From IMG/VR virus record IMGVR_UViG_3300028048_000039, positions 128,001 through 192,000 of that record: a stretch of 64,000 nt of DNA. One strand, written 5' to 3'. This DNA comes from a virus. Lineage: Duplodnaviria > Caudoviricetes. The position numbers and the translations under genes were made by a program. A model generated the notes under the pieces. The model was not told where the DNA came from and did no database searches. It was given only the letters and a program-made list of their open reading frames with translations. Of the stretch, positions 1 through 10,236 are shown in pieces (position 1 is the first letter of the stretch; each line of letters starts with the position of its first letter).

Positions 1-561
1 CCTCTACGTGGCAAGACAGCATGGGATAAACTCCAGAAGAGCGGAAAACCTAGAATTGCAGTAAGAATGCTCATTGGTCTTTCCGGTTCCGGTAAATCAA
101 CCTATGCAAAGAGATTTAGTGATAGTGCTTATGCAAATAACTTTGAGAATTGTGTTGTAATAAGCCGTGACTCTATTCGTGAGGAACTTGGTTTCTGTAA
201 TGAGGGTGATAAGGTCATCCTTGATGCAAGCCAGGAGAAGAAAGTATCTGATGTATTCAATTTAAGGCTGGTTCAAGCAGCAAAGGAAGGGAAGGACATT
301 GTAATCGACAATCTTAATCTTAAGAGAAAGTATCGTGACGCTTATAAGAACCTCTTGAAGGACTTCAATGTTGATTGGTACTATTATTATATATATGCTG
401 ACAATATATCAATCAATCTTGAAAGAAGGGATGGTGTGATGACGGAAGAGATATTGAAGAATATGATTATGAACTTTGACTGGCCAACACCAGATGAATA
501 TGATTACTTTGAAATGTATAACTCAAGCAAAAATGATAATGTAAATGAAAGCAAAGATTAA
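1..561 (+). CDS. Polynucleotide kinase-like P-loop protein (AAA_33 type); 5'-truncated by window edge
   Basis: Walker A GLSGSGKS, 'SRDSIR', 'VIDNLNL..KYR' as in PNK kinase domains; frame is open from base 1 (PLRGKTAWDK...), so the true start lies upstream. Confidence 0.75.
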   Translation, partial: PLRGKTAWDKLQKSGKPRIAVRMLIGLSGSGKSTYAKRFSDSAYANNFENCVVISRDSIREELGFCNEGDKVILDASQEKKVSDVFNLRLVQAAKEGKDIVIDNLNLKRKYRDAYKNLLKDFNVDWYYYYIYADNISINLERRDGVMTEEILKNMIMNFDWPTPDEYDYFEMYNSSKNDNVNESKD

Positions 562-707
562 AGAAACTGGTGAGGTTGTTGAAGGCGTTCTCTGTGAGGG
601 AAAGTACTTTGACAAGAAGATAAACAGAGCTGCTTGGAGGCGTTATCCCATCGACCAAGTGGAAATTTTAGGGGAAAATGAAGAAAATGATGAAAAAAAT
701 TGTTAAA
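546..707 (+). CDS. Small hypothetical protein (MKAKIKETGEVVEG...)
   Basis: 53-codon ORF overlapping the kinase stop; below ORF-track cutoff. Confidence 0.55.
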
Positions 708-710
708 AAT

Positions 711-741
711 TTTGTTTTTTAAAAAATCCTTTGTATATTTG
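711..741 (+). promoter_or_regulatory. Bacteroidetes sigmaA-type (-33/-7) early promoter; representative of ~20 copies
   Basis: TTTG(711)-N19-TATATTTG(734). Same -7 element at 2530, 5256, 5321, 12393, 16918, 19219, 21013, 26390, 30927, 36239, 42572, 45943(-), 46012, 46638, 48808, 52353, 63046(-). Confidence 0.85.
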
Positions 742-782
742 CACTGTTAAAATGATTTATTAACCTTAAAACACTTGAAAAT

Positions 783-2414
783 ATGAACGATTTCGTAAAG
801 ACAAACACAATGGACGCAGGCGTAAACGGCGCAATGACTGAGAATGGTGCAGTCTCTTATTCAACAATTGGAACAACACTCCTTGACCAGTTTGGCAAGG
901 CTGGTGCTTTCCGTGGTCGTAGCATCAATGAGGTGTGGAATGACCAGTTGAAGCTTTGGGCTGAGGACCCTGAGATGGCATTGAAGTTCCCATTCTACCT
1001 TAGAATGATTACCCGCCAGACTAATGTTATGGGTAAGGGTAAGACTGAGAAGGTACAGAAGGGCCAGGGCGCACGTGATGAAGCATTCAAGAGGCTCCTT
1101 TGGGTTGCGAAATACCACCCGGTAGAGTTCTACCGTAACTTGTGGTTGCTCCCAATCATTGGTTCTTGGAAGGACCTGTGGGTTCTCTTGTCTTTCGAGG
1201 GTGCTGACGAGTATCTTAAGAAAGAGGAATTCTTTAAGGTTATCGCTGAGGGCATCGGCGATGCCGATAACAAAGACCTCGTTAAGAAGTACCTCCCTAG
1301 AATTCGTTCTAACAGCAAGTGTAAGACAGAGTGGGCGAAGAAGACCAATACCCTTGCAAAGGAATTTGCTAACAGGGTTGGTTGGGATTATAAGGAGTAC
1401 CGTTTCTTTAAGACTACGGGAAGAGCCCATAAATTCCAGACGTACATTTGTCAGGGTCTCTATTCAAAGATTGAGTGGGGACACATTCCAGGCAAGGCCC
1501 TCCTGAACCTTGTTACCGGAAAGTTCCTTGATAGACACAACCTCACTGAGGATTATATCAAGTGGCTTGAAGAGCAACCAGTTGCGAAGTTCAATGGTTA
1601 TCCATTTGAGCTTGGCGCTAAGGTTGGCTGGAATCACGAGATTTCATTGGCACAGAAGATTACCATCGACAAGCAGTTCAAGAATCTCATTGAAACCGCA
1701 AAGAAGGATGGTACTCCTATGAACGGAAACGTTCTCTGTGCCCTCGATACGTCTGGAAGTATGGCATCACCTATTTCATTTGACACCAACATTTCTGCAT
1801 ACGATGTATGCGTATCTCTGGGAGTTTATTTTTCTGAACTTAATCAGGGGGCATTCCATAATGTCGTTGCAATGTTTGATGACACTTCTGAACTTCTTAC
1901 ATTGAAGGGCGACTCATTCTGCGATAAACTTATGCAGATTAGGAGAGCTAGGACCGCATGGGGTAGTACAAATTTCCAGAGCATAATTGATATGCTGGTT
2001 CTCACACGCAAGATGCACCCAGAAATTGCACTTGAAGATTATCCAGAGACAATCTTGGTAGTATCTGACATGCAGTTCAACCCAACTGATAGTTGGGGCC
2101 ACAAAGGTAACGTCATTGCTGAGCAGTCAAATTATGAGGCTGCCATGAGCAAACTCCGCATGGTATTCCCGGAGGAGTACGTTAAGAAAGTGAAGATTAT
2201 ATGGTGGTTCTGCACTGGTCGTCACACAGCAGATTTCCCATCTACTATGGATGATGCTGGAACCTATGTAATTTCAGGTTATGACGGAGCAATCGTTAGC
2301 GCAATCCTCGGAGGTGAGGTTAAGGTTAATGAGAAGGGTGAGGTCATTCAGCCTACAATGCAGGACATTGTGAATGCTGCATTGAATCAGGAAGTACTCT
2401 CGTTGGTTTCCTAA
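783..2414 (+). CDS. DUF2828-family protein with C-terminal vWA domain (TROVE/Ro60-related architecture)
   Basis: N-terminal 'TENGA.SYST', 'GSWKDL', MIDAS motif DTSGSM, 'WGSTNF', 'VSDMQFN'. Confidence 0.8.
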   Translation: MNDFVKTNTMDAGVNGAMTENGAVSYSTIGTTLLDQFGKAGAFRGRSINEVWNDQLKLWAEDPEMALKFPFYLRMITRQTNVMGKGKTEKVQKGQGARDEAFKRLLWVAKYHPVEFYRNLWLLPIIGSWKDLWVLLSFEGADEYLKKEEFFKVIAEGIGDADNKDLVKKYLPRIRSNSKCKTEWAKKTNTLAKEFANRVGWDYKEYRFFKTTGRAHKFQTYICQGLYSKIEWGHIPGKALLNLVTGKFLDRHNLTEDYIKWLEEQPVAKFNGYPFELGAKVGWNHEISLAQKITIDKQFKNLIETAKKDGTPMNGNVLCALDTSGSMASPISFDTNISAYDVCVSLGVYFSELNQGAFHNVVAMFDDTSELLTLKGDSFCDKLMQIRRARTAWGSTNFQSIIDMLVLTRKMHPEIALEDYPETILVVSDMQFNPTDSWGHKGNVIAEQSNYEAAMSKLRMVFPEEYVKKVKIIWWFCTGRHTADFPSTMDDAGTYVISGYDGAIVSAILGGEVKVNEKGEVIQPTMQDIVNAALNQEVLSLVS

Positions 2415-2433
2415 TTGGAAACTGTAGTGAATG

Positions 2434-2470
2434 AAAATGGCGAGTCGTTTGACCCGCCATTTTTGTTTTT
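2434..2470 (+). terminator. Rho-independent terminator
   Basis: aaaatggcg..cgccatttt hairpin plus T-tract after the DUF2828 stop. Confidence 0.75.
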
Positions 2471-2553
2471 TTTTTTCATAATTAATCTATTTTTTTATAA
2501 AAAGTTTTGTATTTTTTATAAAAATTATATATATTTACAGAAAAAAAAAAAAA

Positions 2554-2958
2554 ATGGATAAACAAGCAAAAGAAAAAATCAAGAACCTTATTGGAGAGGG
2601 TAAATTGTATGAAGTAGAGCTTTATAATGATGAAGCCGCCTTATATACAAACGAAAAAGATTTTAATTTTAGCTCTGACCTCATTCGTCTTACTTATTTT
2701 GATGAGGTGACTAATACTGAATCTCCTATTGTTAATCATATTAAAGAGTTTTTTGGGGATAATGAAGTTAGAATCATTGCCTATTCAGACCATTATAGTA
2801 ATATAGATGCGCACAAAACCCACTTCATGTTTAAGCGTTTTAATAAAATGTCATGTGTACCAGATACTGATTGCTATTATATCGTCTCAACACCGAACAA
2901 AAAAGGGAAGATTAAAAACTTTAACCTTCCCGATAGTATGTTCGTTCAAATTTTTTAA
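2554..2958 (+). CDS. Hypothetical protein
   Basis: 134-aa ORF behind the promoter at 2506-2537. Confidence 0.65.
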   Translation: MDKQAKEKIKNLIGEGKLYEVELYNDEAALYTNEKDFNFSSDLIRLTYFDEVTNTESPIVNHIKEFFGDNEVRIIAYSDHYSNIDAHKTHFMFKRFNKMSCVPDTDCYYIVSTPNKKGKIKNFNLPDSMFVQIF

Positions 2959-5204
2959 TTCTTATATTTAAAATTAGTGTTATATACCCCCTTTTCTCCA
3001 GACTTAGATGTTGGTAGTAAAATCGGTATTGCACCTAGTGTTACTTTCTTTGACATCTGTCCGAATGTAATCGGTATAAGATTTTCAATACCATTTTCTT
3101 TAGCAAGATAACATATATCTGAAAGTGTTGCTCCACCGGAAATATTGTCGTCAAATATAATAAAAATACTGTCTTTTATATTATCTGCTTCTTCGTCAAA
3201 TTTCTCGTCGTTCTTGCTATAATATCCAAGAAGACCCATCCTAACATTGTCAGGAAGTTTTTTGATTTCAAATTTTTTTGGTTCCCATCTTGCAAGGTCT
3301 ATTTGCTTGAATGGCTTTCCGTTAATATCTTTCATACCTTTTAAATATGGCTCCACTGTTTCCCAAGTGTCCTTGGAGCGGCTTTTAATAGACGGACCCT
3401 TTGAATATTTAATTGCAGACAAGAGTTTTTCGTCTTTTTGATGACTAATTTTACCAGTTTCGTAGTTATAATACTCACCTAATTCCAAAACGGCTTGATA
3501 AGTATTGTAATAATCCATATATAATTTTGCAAGCTTTTCTTCGTATGTTTCTACCTTTATTGCATTACGTCTATTTCTCAGGGCAATTATCTCCTCTGCT
3601 ATATCTGAAAGTTTTTCAATATATTCTTTTGCGTCATTAAATGCTTGAAATTTAGATAGCGCAGTATCTAACATTTGATTACTTGTTGCACTCACACCCT
3701 CTTTCTTTTTTGTGTAAGCAATAGAGTCATAATACTCCTGGTTTTTCTTAATAAAGGTCTTATCAAGTCTTAAGTTTGCTAAATCTTTATTGAAAATTTC
3801 TGGATTTATAACAGTTATGCCCTTTTTAAAGCCACCTATCGGCACCATTTTTTCTTTAAGTTCTTTTGCCATTTCTATATTAAAATTACTTGAAGAAGGC
3901 ACAGGATAAATAGCAACTCCCCTAAATTTAGCTGTAGGGTTTTTTTGTTTGATTTTCCCAATATGATAATTAACAACGGCGTTAACTTTTGCAGAAAATG
4001 TGTTAAGGAAATCGTTGAATTCTTGTTCTTTCATTCTCAATTCATATTCTTCTTCATGACCCATTTTGTCTTTTAGCGTAACATTAGTCTTTTTCTTGTT
4101 GTCAAAATAATTTTTGAAAAAGTGCATTACTCCAGTACCGTTTATTGATGTGATATTATACGACATAATGCCGCCTTTTAATGGCACTTCATATGTGTCA
4201 GCCCCAGAGGTATTATCCATCTTATCTGTTCGCAAAAAATCATTACCGGCATTTTTTAAACGTTTTCCCCAGGCTTTGCCTTTTTCATAATTAATTTGCA
4301 AAGTTTTATGCTTGCTATCCTGTGAGCCAATATAAGCATCTTCTTTCAATGCCTTTCTGGCGGCGTAGCCAGTTTTTGGGTGATTGATTAACCTGTCATA
4401 AAACCATTGTTTATTCGTGTCGTCCTTGGCCTTACTCCAGCCCTCAACCTCGCCCATCTTAGACATTACATTTTTGTGTGGATATTTTGGCTGGCCCTTA
4501 GTTGACATTCCTATATTAATTTGACTCTTCTCGTCATCTAAATCATACTCCCCTAAGAAATCATCAGTAAATTGATTTATCTTATTTGCAATATAACACC
4601 CGATAGCACCAGACCTCGATTTACCCTGATGGCAATGAACAATGAATTTGACATTTTCGCCGAATGTCAGGTTATTATCAACAAAAGTTTTCAACTCATT
4701 AGCCATTTCATTGGTGAAGTCCTTGCCGCCTTGATAATAGAAGGTCATTGACTTTCCAAATCGATTTTCACCTGGAGACAACTTTACAGCCGTTGCTGGC
4801 GTTTTTCCGTCAAAACCATCACCTTTAGGCATTTTGTTATCAAACTTCTGGTTGTCATCAAATTCAAGCTTGAGAACATTCTTATGATTTTGCTTAAAGA
4901 AATATTGTTTATTCGCATAATAATCATCAATGTCATCATCATTTCTCAATGGTAGTTCGGCTTTGACCCTATTGTAGGAATCACCAACCTCAATAAAACA
5001 ATACTGACCGGCAACTTTTTCAACATTACTGTCATTAACATTTAAACTTTTACATATTTCCCAAAAGTCTTCCAACGAACAAATAGTAACATTAGACTTC
5101 GTTGCCAACGTCTTAATTTCGTTGGTTTTTGACTCCATAAGATTTTCGATAACACTAGCCACCAATTTTCTTATATCGCTTTCGCTTATAATAACCTTTT
5201 TCAT
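2955..5204 (-). CDS. Leader-bearing fusion: Cys-based (PTP/DSP-type) phosphatase + type I phosphoribosyltransferase-like domain
   Basis: N-terminal 'IISESDIRKLVASVIENLMES' leader; 'VHCHQGKSRS' = HCxxGxxRS; 'YPVPSSSNFN' and 'IIFDDNISGGATL' PRPP-binding loop. Confidence 0.75.
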   Translation of the reverse strand: MKKVIISESDIRKLVASVIENLMESKTNEIKTLATKSNVTICSLEDFWEICKSLNVNDSNVEKVAGQYCFIEVGDSYNRVKAELPLRNDDDIDDYYANKQYFFKQNHKNVLKLEFDDNQKFDNKMPKGDGFDGKTPATAVKLSPGENRFGKSMTFYYQGGKDFTNEMANELKTFVDNNLTFGENVKFIVHCHQGKSRSGAIGCYIANKINQFTDDFLGEYDLDDEKSQINIGMSTKGQPKYPHKNVMSKMGEVEGWSKAKDDTNKQWFYDRLINHPKTGYAARKALKEDAYIGSQDSKHKTLQINYEKGKAWGKRLKNAGNDFLRTDKMDNTSGADTYEVPLKGGIMSYNITSINGTGVMHFFKNYFDNKKKTNVTLKDKMGHEEEYELRMKEQEFNDFLNTFSAKVNAVVNYHIGKIKQKNPTAKFRGVAIYPVPSSSNFNIEMAKELKEKMVPIGGFKKGITVINPEIFNKDLANLRLDKTFIKKNQEYYDSIAYTKKKEGVSATSNQMLDTALSKFQAFNDAKEYIEKLSDIAEEIIALRNRRNAIKVETYEEKLAKLYMDYYNTYQAVLELGEYYNYETGKISHQKDEKLLSAIKYSKGPSIKSRSKDTWETVEPYLKGMKDINGKPFKQIDLARWEPKKFEIKKLPDNVRMGLLGYYSKNDEKFDEEADNIKDSIFIIFDDNISGGATLSDICYLAKENGIENLIPITFGQMSKKVTLGAIPILLPTSKSGEKGVYNTNFKYKN

Positions 5205-5225
5205 AAAATTCTACATTTATTAACT

Positions 5226-5233
5226 ATAAATAG
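5226..5233 (-). promoter_or_regulatory. CTATTTAT motif, putative phage late promoter; representative of 8 intergenic copies
   Basis: Also at 8005(+), 53760(+), 56383(+), 57917(+), 59176(-), 59219(+), 60229(+); each ~16-50 nt upstream of a start codon. Confidence 0.7.
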
Positions 5234-5337
5234 TTAATTTTTCCCAAATTTTTTGTATATTTGCGTAAGAAGATGGAATAATCCATCTAGAAATCGTTTT
5301 GTATTTTAAGATAATTTTTGTATATTTGCAAAAAAAT

Positions 5338-5655
5338 ATGATGAAGAATATTGAAGAAATTAGGTTAGAAGCTGCCCTCACCTGTATTCAAGGGATACTT
5401 GAGGCCAAGGGTGGTATCATTGGTGAGGTAGACCCAGACATTGCGGTTAAGGAGGCATTTAGAATTGCAGATGCCTTCGTAAAGCATTATCAGGAGAAGT
5501 ACGTCCAACCAAAAGCAAACGAGGAAGCTGAGAAGCTGAGTAAGATTGCACAAGCTTGGTCTAAGGATTGGACTTCGGTAACAGTAAATGCAGAGGGATT
5601 AACTTATACAATAAACAACCCAGACAGAGAGAAAAATAAAGATAACATTATATGA
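5338..5655 (+). CDS. Hypothetical protein
   Basis: ORF-track start 5299 lies inside the promoter; ATG at 5338/5341 is more plausible. Confidence 0.65.
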   Translation: MMKNIEEIRLEAALTCIQGILEAKGGIIGEVDPDIAVKEAFRIADAFVKHYQEKYVQPKANEEAEKLSKIAQAWSKDWTSVTVNAEGLTYTINNPDREKNKDNII

Positions 5656-5903
5656 GAAAAGTAGTTAAAGAAGTTCCTGGTGACCCGTTCTATCAGGAGG
5701 AAAGTAAAAGTTATGTTGCCAAGTCTCATAGACCTTGGGAAACTTGTTATGTTGTAATTGCCAATGCTCATGGGGATTACCCTGAGATGTGTGGCGGAAT
5801 GTATGATACCATGGAGGAAGCCGAACAATCCCTTGCCTTTGAACCCTATGGCGGAAGGATTGAGGTGACCACTTGGGGAGAAATGACTGAAAGGAGCATA
5901 TAG
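5652..5903 (+). CDS. Hypothetical protein
   Basis: ATGA-coupled ORF in operon. Confidence 0.65.
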   Translation: MRKVVKEVPGDPFYQEESKSYVAKSHRPWETCYVVIANAHGDYPEMCGGMYDTMEEAEQSLAFEPYGGRIEVTTWGEMTERSI

Positions 5904-5905
5904 AT

Positions 5906-6178
5906 ATGAAAGAAGAAATTAAACCATTTGAAAATTGCAAATTTGCTGATGGCGAGATTTGCGTTGATACAGTAAGTGTGCAATACACACAGAATGGAGA
6001 CTGCACAGAATCAGAAGATGATGCACAGGAAATAACCATTTCTTCAAGGAATAACGGAATGGCGAGATTTATAAACATCAAGACGGGAGAAAACGGCTGG
6101 TCCATTGATGACATTTCCAGTTTAGCAAAGATTATTGATGATTTTAAAAAGAGAGCAGATATAAAAGATGAAAAATAA
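5906..6178 (+). CDS. Hypothetical protein
   Basis: Tightly packed in operon. Confidence 0.65.
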   Translation: MKEEIKPFENCKFADGEICVDTVSVQYTQNGDCTESEDDAQEITISSRNNGMARFINIKTGENGWSIDDISSLAKIIDDFKKRADIKDEK

Positions 6179-6953
6179 TATGAAATATTTGATTATAGGG
6201 GACGTCCATGGACGTGATTTTTGGAGAGAGCCCGTTAAAGAAACACTAAATAATAGTGATTTTGAAATAATTTTTTTGGGCGACTTTTTGGATTGTTACC
6301 CATTTGAATGGGACAAAGGGTTTGATTATGAAACCCATGCCCTTGAAAATTTTAAAGAGATAATTCAACTCAAGAAAGACAACCCAGACAGGATAATTCT
6401 TCTTCTAGGAAATCATGATTGTACATATGCTATCGGTACTCACATTTGTGATTGTCGTAGGGATAAAGCTCACTATGAGGAAATTGCAAATCTTTTTAAG
6501 AACAACAGAAATCTTCTCCAACTAGCAAAGGAAGACACCATCAACGGAAAGCATTTTATCTTTAGTCACGCTGGTATCCTGAAGGGTTGGGTAGAAAGAG
6601 TTTTTGGTGATGAAATGAACGAGGATGGCTTCAATGTGGTAAATGAACTAAACAAAGCGTGGGAGACAGACCACTACGGTATTTTGAACGCACTCGGTAT
6701 CTACGATAGTTTTCGTGGTTGGGGCGGTGGAAGATATGGCTCACCAGTATGGGCTGATATAAGAAGCTGGGCCGACAAGAGAGAGGGTGATACCTATGGT
6801 TATAACATTGTAGGGCATACTTATCTTAGGCAGGATGCTGTTGTGCTTCCAGTAATTGCTTGTCTTGATAGCCAGAAGGCATTTTACTTGGATGATGAAG
6901 GAAACATCAGGAAATACGATGATAATAAAATAATTGACATACCAAAAATTTAG
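6168..6953 (+). CDS. Calcineurin-like metallophosphoesterase
   Basis: GDVHG, GDFLD, GNHD, SHAG, GHT motifs. Confidence 0.9.
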   Translation: MKNNMKYLIIGDVHGRDFWREPVKETLNNSDFEIIFLGDFLDCYPFEWDKGFDYETHALENFKEIIQLKKDNPDRIILLLGNHDCTYAIGTHICDCRRDKAHYEEIANLFKNNRNLLQLAKEDTINGKHFIFSHAGILKGWVERVFGDEMNEDGFNVVNELNKAWETDHYGILNALGIYDSFRGWGGGRYGSPVWADIRSWADKREGDTYGYNIVGHTYLRQDAVVLPVIACLDSQKAFYLDDEGNIRKYDDNKIIDIPKI

Positions 6954-6958
6954 TTTTT

Positions 6959-7912
6959 ATGTTTAACAACGGATTAGAAGAATTTGTACAGGAGAGTTCA
7001 ATGGACTCAAGGAAAGCAGACAGCGACTTAATCATTAAGACTGCATCACAGTGGTCCGATATGGACGGAAGAATAATTACGGTATCCAATACAATGCCGA
7101 GACTTGAAAGGGGATATTACTCTATCAATATAAGCAATGATATTGGAATGTACTTTGAGAAGCAGAAGGTGGAACTGAATAAACTTTACCGCCTTCCGAA
7201 TATTGCAACTGACATCATTATGAATGACATTTCAAAGTTTTGGACTCTTGAAGAAACTTACAAGAAGTATCAGCGTGTCTTTAGAAGAAACTATCTTCTC
7301 TATTCTGCGCCAGGCACAGGAAAGACTTCGCTTATAAACCTTATGTGTCAGGAACTTATAGAGAAGTATGATGGGCTTGTATTTTCTTTAAGCACGGCAA
7401 CAGATATTCAACTTTTCCCCGATGCAATCAGAAGGATAAGGAAGATTGAGCCAGACAGAAAGATTATTGCAATCATTGAGGACATTGATACTTTCACTAA
7501 GGAGAGCAGTAGTCTTAATACTCTTCTCCTTAATATCCTTGACGGAAACTTGAAGTTGAGTGGAATCGTTACCATTGCCACGACAAACCATATTGAATAT
7601 CTTGAAGCAAGATACACCAATCGTCCGTCACGATTTGACAGGGTGGTTGAGTTCCCGCTTCCAAATGCCGAGAGCAGAAGGATGTTCATTGAGAAGACAG
7701 TTCTTCCTGATGACCTCAAGAAGATTAACCTTGACGAGTGGGTTGAGAAGACAGAAGGATTTACTATTGACCACATTAACGAACTGATACTCTTGTTCTT
7801 TGTGTTTGGGCATACTGAAGAAGAATCATTCGATACATTGTATGGAATGACAAAGACCAAGGGCGCTCTCAAGAATAAGACGAGTGTGTCAGCAAGCAGT
7901 ATCGGCTTCTAA
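6959..7912 (+). CDS. AAA+ ATPase
   Basis: Walker A SAPGTGKT, Walker B IIEDID, 'ATTN', second region of homology RPSRFD. Confidence 0.9.
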   Translation: MFNNGLEEFVQESSMDSRKADSDLIIKTASQWSDMDGRIITVSNTMPRLERGYYSINISNDIGMYFEKQKVELNKLYRLPNIATDIIMNDISKFWTLEETYKKYQRVFRRNYLLYSAPGTGKTSLINLMCQELIEKYDGLVFSLSTATDIQLFPDAIRRIRKIEPDRKIIAIIEDIDTFTKESSSLNTLLLNILDGNLKLSGIVTIATTNHIEYLEARYTNRPSRFDRVVEFPLPNAESRRMFIEKTVLPDDLKKINLDEWVEKTEGFTIDHINELILLFFVFGHTEEESFDTLYGMTKTKGALKNKTSVSASSIGF

Positions 7913-7987
7913 GAAATGGTATTTTATACCGAAATTCAGTAAATCAGGTTGGAAAAATCGCAAAAACTTCCAACCTGATTTTGTTTT
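7911..7987 (+). repeat. Dispersed ~77-bp hairpin element (terminator-like), copy 1
   Basis: 13-bp stem AATCAGGTTGGAA/TTCCAACCTGATT; related copies at 42479-42555 and 30870-30910. Confidence 0.75.
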
Positions 7988-8028
7988 TTTTTCTTTAAAT
8001 ATTACTATTTATGGAAAAAATAATTCTA

Positions 8029-9180
8029 ATGGCAAGAGCAAAGGTTAAATTAAGGTATACATTTGACACGAATAAGGTGCCTGAACCTGATATCATGGAA
8101 TTTGGAGAAATATACATCAATGCCAATTCAGGAACAGGAGCCTCTTTTCTCAGTGTAAAAAAAGAAAACAATACTATTGCTCAGTTTATGGAAAAAGATT
8201 ATGCTGATTCACAATATGCAGATAAATCTTTAGTTAATACCATTAATTTTAACTATATTAGTGGTGCTGTTATGAGCACAACTGCAGTTGTTCCAAGCGT
8301 GTCTAATAACATACTGACAATACCAACAATTGATTCAAGTGAGATTGATAATAAAATTAACACTTCATTATCACAACTTGACGGTAATGCGACAATAGCA
8401 AGCAAAAACGGAAAAACAGTAACTTTAAAGGCTTCTGTTTCTGAGACTGATGGTATAATATCCAATGGAACGCAAACGGACATTGTTCTTTCTGACGTAG
8501 CATCTACCGGTGAAGCATCTGATGTATCAGCAACATACCAAGATGCCACAGAAGACGTACAGAGTGTTATAACAAGTATTGACCATAGGGTAAAGACATT
8601 AGAGACTAATTCTACATTAAATACAATTGTTTGCGCAGCAAATGCATCAGAAATACCTGCAGGGGCAGTTTATAATGATGGTACAACAACAATCACTGGT
8701 ACCTTGGCTGCTTCACAGACAACGATGGGCGACATATATCTTGTTAAGAACGCTAATACCTATTATGAGTATATTACCACAAGAACAGGCCAAGAAGGTT
8801 CATATAATTATTCTTGGATAAATCTTGGTTCAACTTCAGTTGACTTATCTGGTTATATCAATAGTATTATAGTAAATGGGAAAACTTATACTGCAACAGG
8901 TAATGGAAATAGTGTAACATTGGATGATGTGCTAACAAATGTTGTAGGAGAAACTGAAGTTGCAAATGGAAATGCCGATTTTGTATCCGTAACGGCTACC
9001 AATGGGACAGCATCTTCAGGAAGTAAATCTTCAACGCTTCTTTCCAAAGTAAAAATACAAAGTGTTAGTGGAGCAACTTCTACTAATAATGGCCTTGCAT
9101 CATCTAATGACATTAGGGAATATGTTCAGGCGAATCTCACGACAATAAAAACTTGGACAGAATCTGATATAACAAATTAG
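8029..9180 (+). CDS. Putative virion structural / tail-fibre-like protein
   Basis: T/S/N/G-rich; N-terminal 'FGEIYIN' and 'YYEYI...W..LGSTSVDLSGY' motifs seen in phage fibres; follows CTATTTAT (track start 8011 is inside that motif). Confidence 0.6.
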   Translation: MARAKVKLRYTFDTNKVPEPDIMEFGEIYINANSGTGASFLSVKKENNTIAQFMEKDYADSQYADKSLVNTINFNYISGAVMSTTAVVPSVSNNILTIPTIDSSEIDNKINTSLSQLDGNATIASKNGKTVTLKASVSETDGIISNGTQTDIVLSDVASTGEASDVSATYQDATEDVQSVITSIDHRVKTLETNSTLNTIVCAANASEIPAGAVYNDGTTTITGTLAASQTTMGDIYLVKNANTYYEYITTRTGQEGSYNYSWINLGSTSVDLSGYINSIIVNGKTYTATGNGNSVTLDDVLTNVVGETEVANGNADFVSVTATNGTASSGSKSSTLLSKVKIQSVSGATSTNNGLASSNDIREYVQANLTTIKTWTESDITN

Positions 9181-9194
9181 AAAATAGTAAAGAA

Positions 9195-9509
9195 ATGAGT
9201 TTATATTTAGGACATACAAAAATAAAACAAATTTTCGCAGTATTCAATGATGGGGTTGACACTGATGTAACTGAATCCAATATCAGGGACGGTGTTAGAA
9301 TACTTGGTGTGGTCGGAAAGTTTACAGCAGACGGCACACAAACACCAGGAAATGATATTGCAACATCTTCTGATATAGTAGAAGGAAAATCTGCATGGTG
9401 TGACGGTGCTGAGGTGCAAGGTAATCTTATTGTACAACATTTCTACACGGGAAGTGACACTCCTGATTCTTCAATTGGTAATAATGGAGATATATTTTTA
9501 AAAGTTTAG
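9195..9509 (+). CDS. Putative tail-associated small protein
   Basis: 'NIRDGVRILGVVG', 'ATSSDIVEGKSAW', 'P.SSIGNNGDIFL' fibre-type motifs. Confidence 0.6.
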   Translation: MSLYLGHTKIKQIFAVFNDGVDTDVTESNIRDGVRILGVVGKFTADGTQTPGNDIATSSDIVEGKSAWCDGAEVQGNLIVQHFYTGSDTPDSSIGNNGDIFLKV

Positions 9510-9516
9510 TTAAGCT

Positions 9517-10236
9517 ATGATAAAAGACATTAAAAAAGCAATAGAAGCGGAAAAAAGATATCTTGTTGAAAAGATGAACGGAACTCAACCAAATATCTAT
9601 GATTATTTGGTTCCTTGTGGGTATGATAATCTTATTGAGTTTAATGCAGATAAAAAGGTTTATCTTTTAAAACAAATGAACCTTCCAATGGAACGAATTT
9701 TCATCACAAAGGAAAGTCTTGCAAGATGGGTAATACGTGCTACAGAGGGAAAAAGTTTCTTTGCTTCATCCGATACAGAAGATAGTTCATTGGGTACAGT
9801 CGCCATCGTAGGAAAGACGTTTGATGATGAAGAAAGATTTCTTGCTCATGGTGTTTATCCTGTTATATTTGATTACTTTAAAGGATGTATTATTACTGGT
9901 ATTAAAGATTTTAATTTTTGTTTTTGTGTTCCACGTAATTTGAATATAGAGACAACTGATGTGCTGTCATGGCTTAAGGCCTTTATTGAAAAAAAGAATG
10001 ATAATGTTGAAATAGACGGCAATGACATTTTGATTGACGGTAAGAAAGTTGTTGGAATGACAGGTATTAAAAACGACACGATGACATGCTACATTGTACA
10101 TGTTTCGCTTACTGATTATAATGATTTAATTTATGAACTTTGCCCGCCACATGGAGGAAAAGAACCAGGATATATTAAAAATATAACAAAGAAAGAATTT
10201 GAAGAAGAAGTACAATCATGGCTACAAAACAAGTAA
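9517..10236 (+). CDS. Lipoate-protein ligase (BPL/LplA/LipB fold)-like protein
   Basis: 'GNDILIDGKKVVG' matches LplA 'RNDILVDGKKISG'; 'GCIITGIKDFNFCF' aligns with 'GGAVYHD.GNLNFSF'. Confidence 0.6.
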   Translation: MIKDIKKAIEAEKRYLVEKMNGTQPNIYDYLVPCGYDNLIEFNADKKVYLLKQMNLPMERIFITKESLARWVIRATEGKSFFASSDTEDSSLGTVAIVGKTFDDEERFLAHGVYPVIFDYFKGCIITGIKDFNFCFCVPRNLNIETTDVLSWLKAFIEKKNDNVEIDGNDILIDGKKVVGMTGIKNDTMTCYIVHVSLTDYNDLIYELCPPHGGKEPGYIKNITKKEFEEEVQSWLQNK

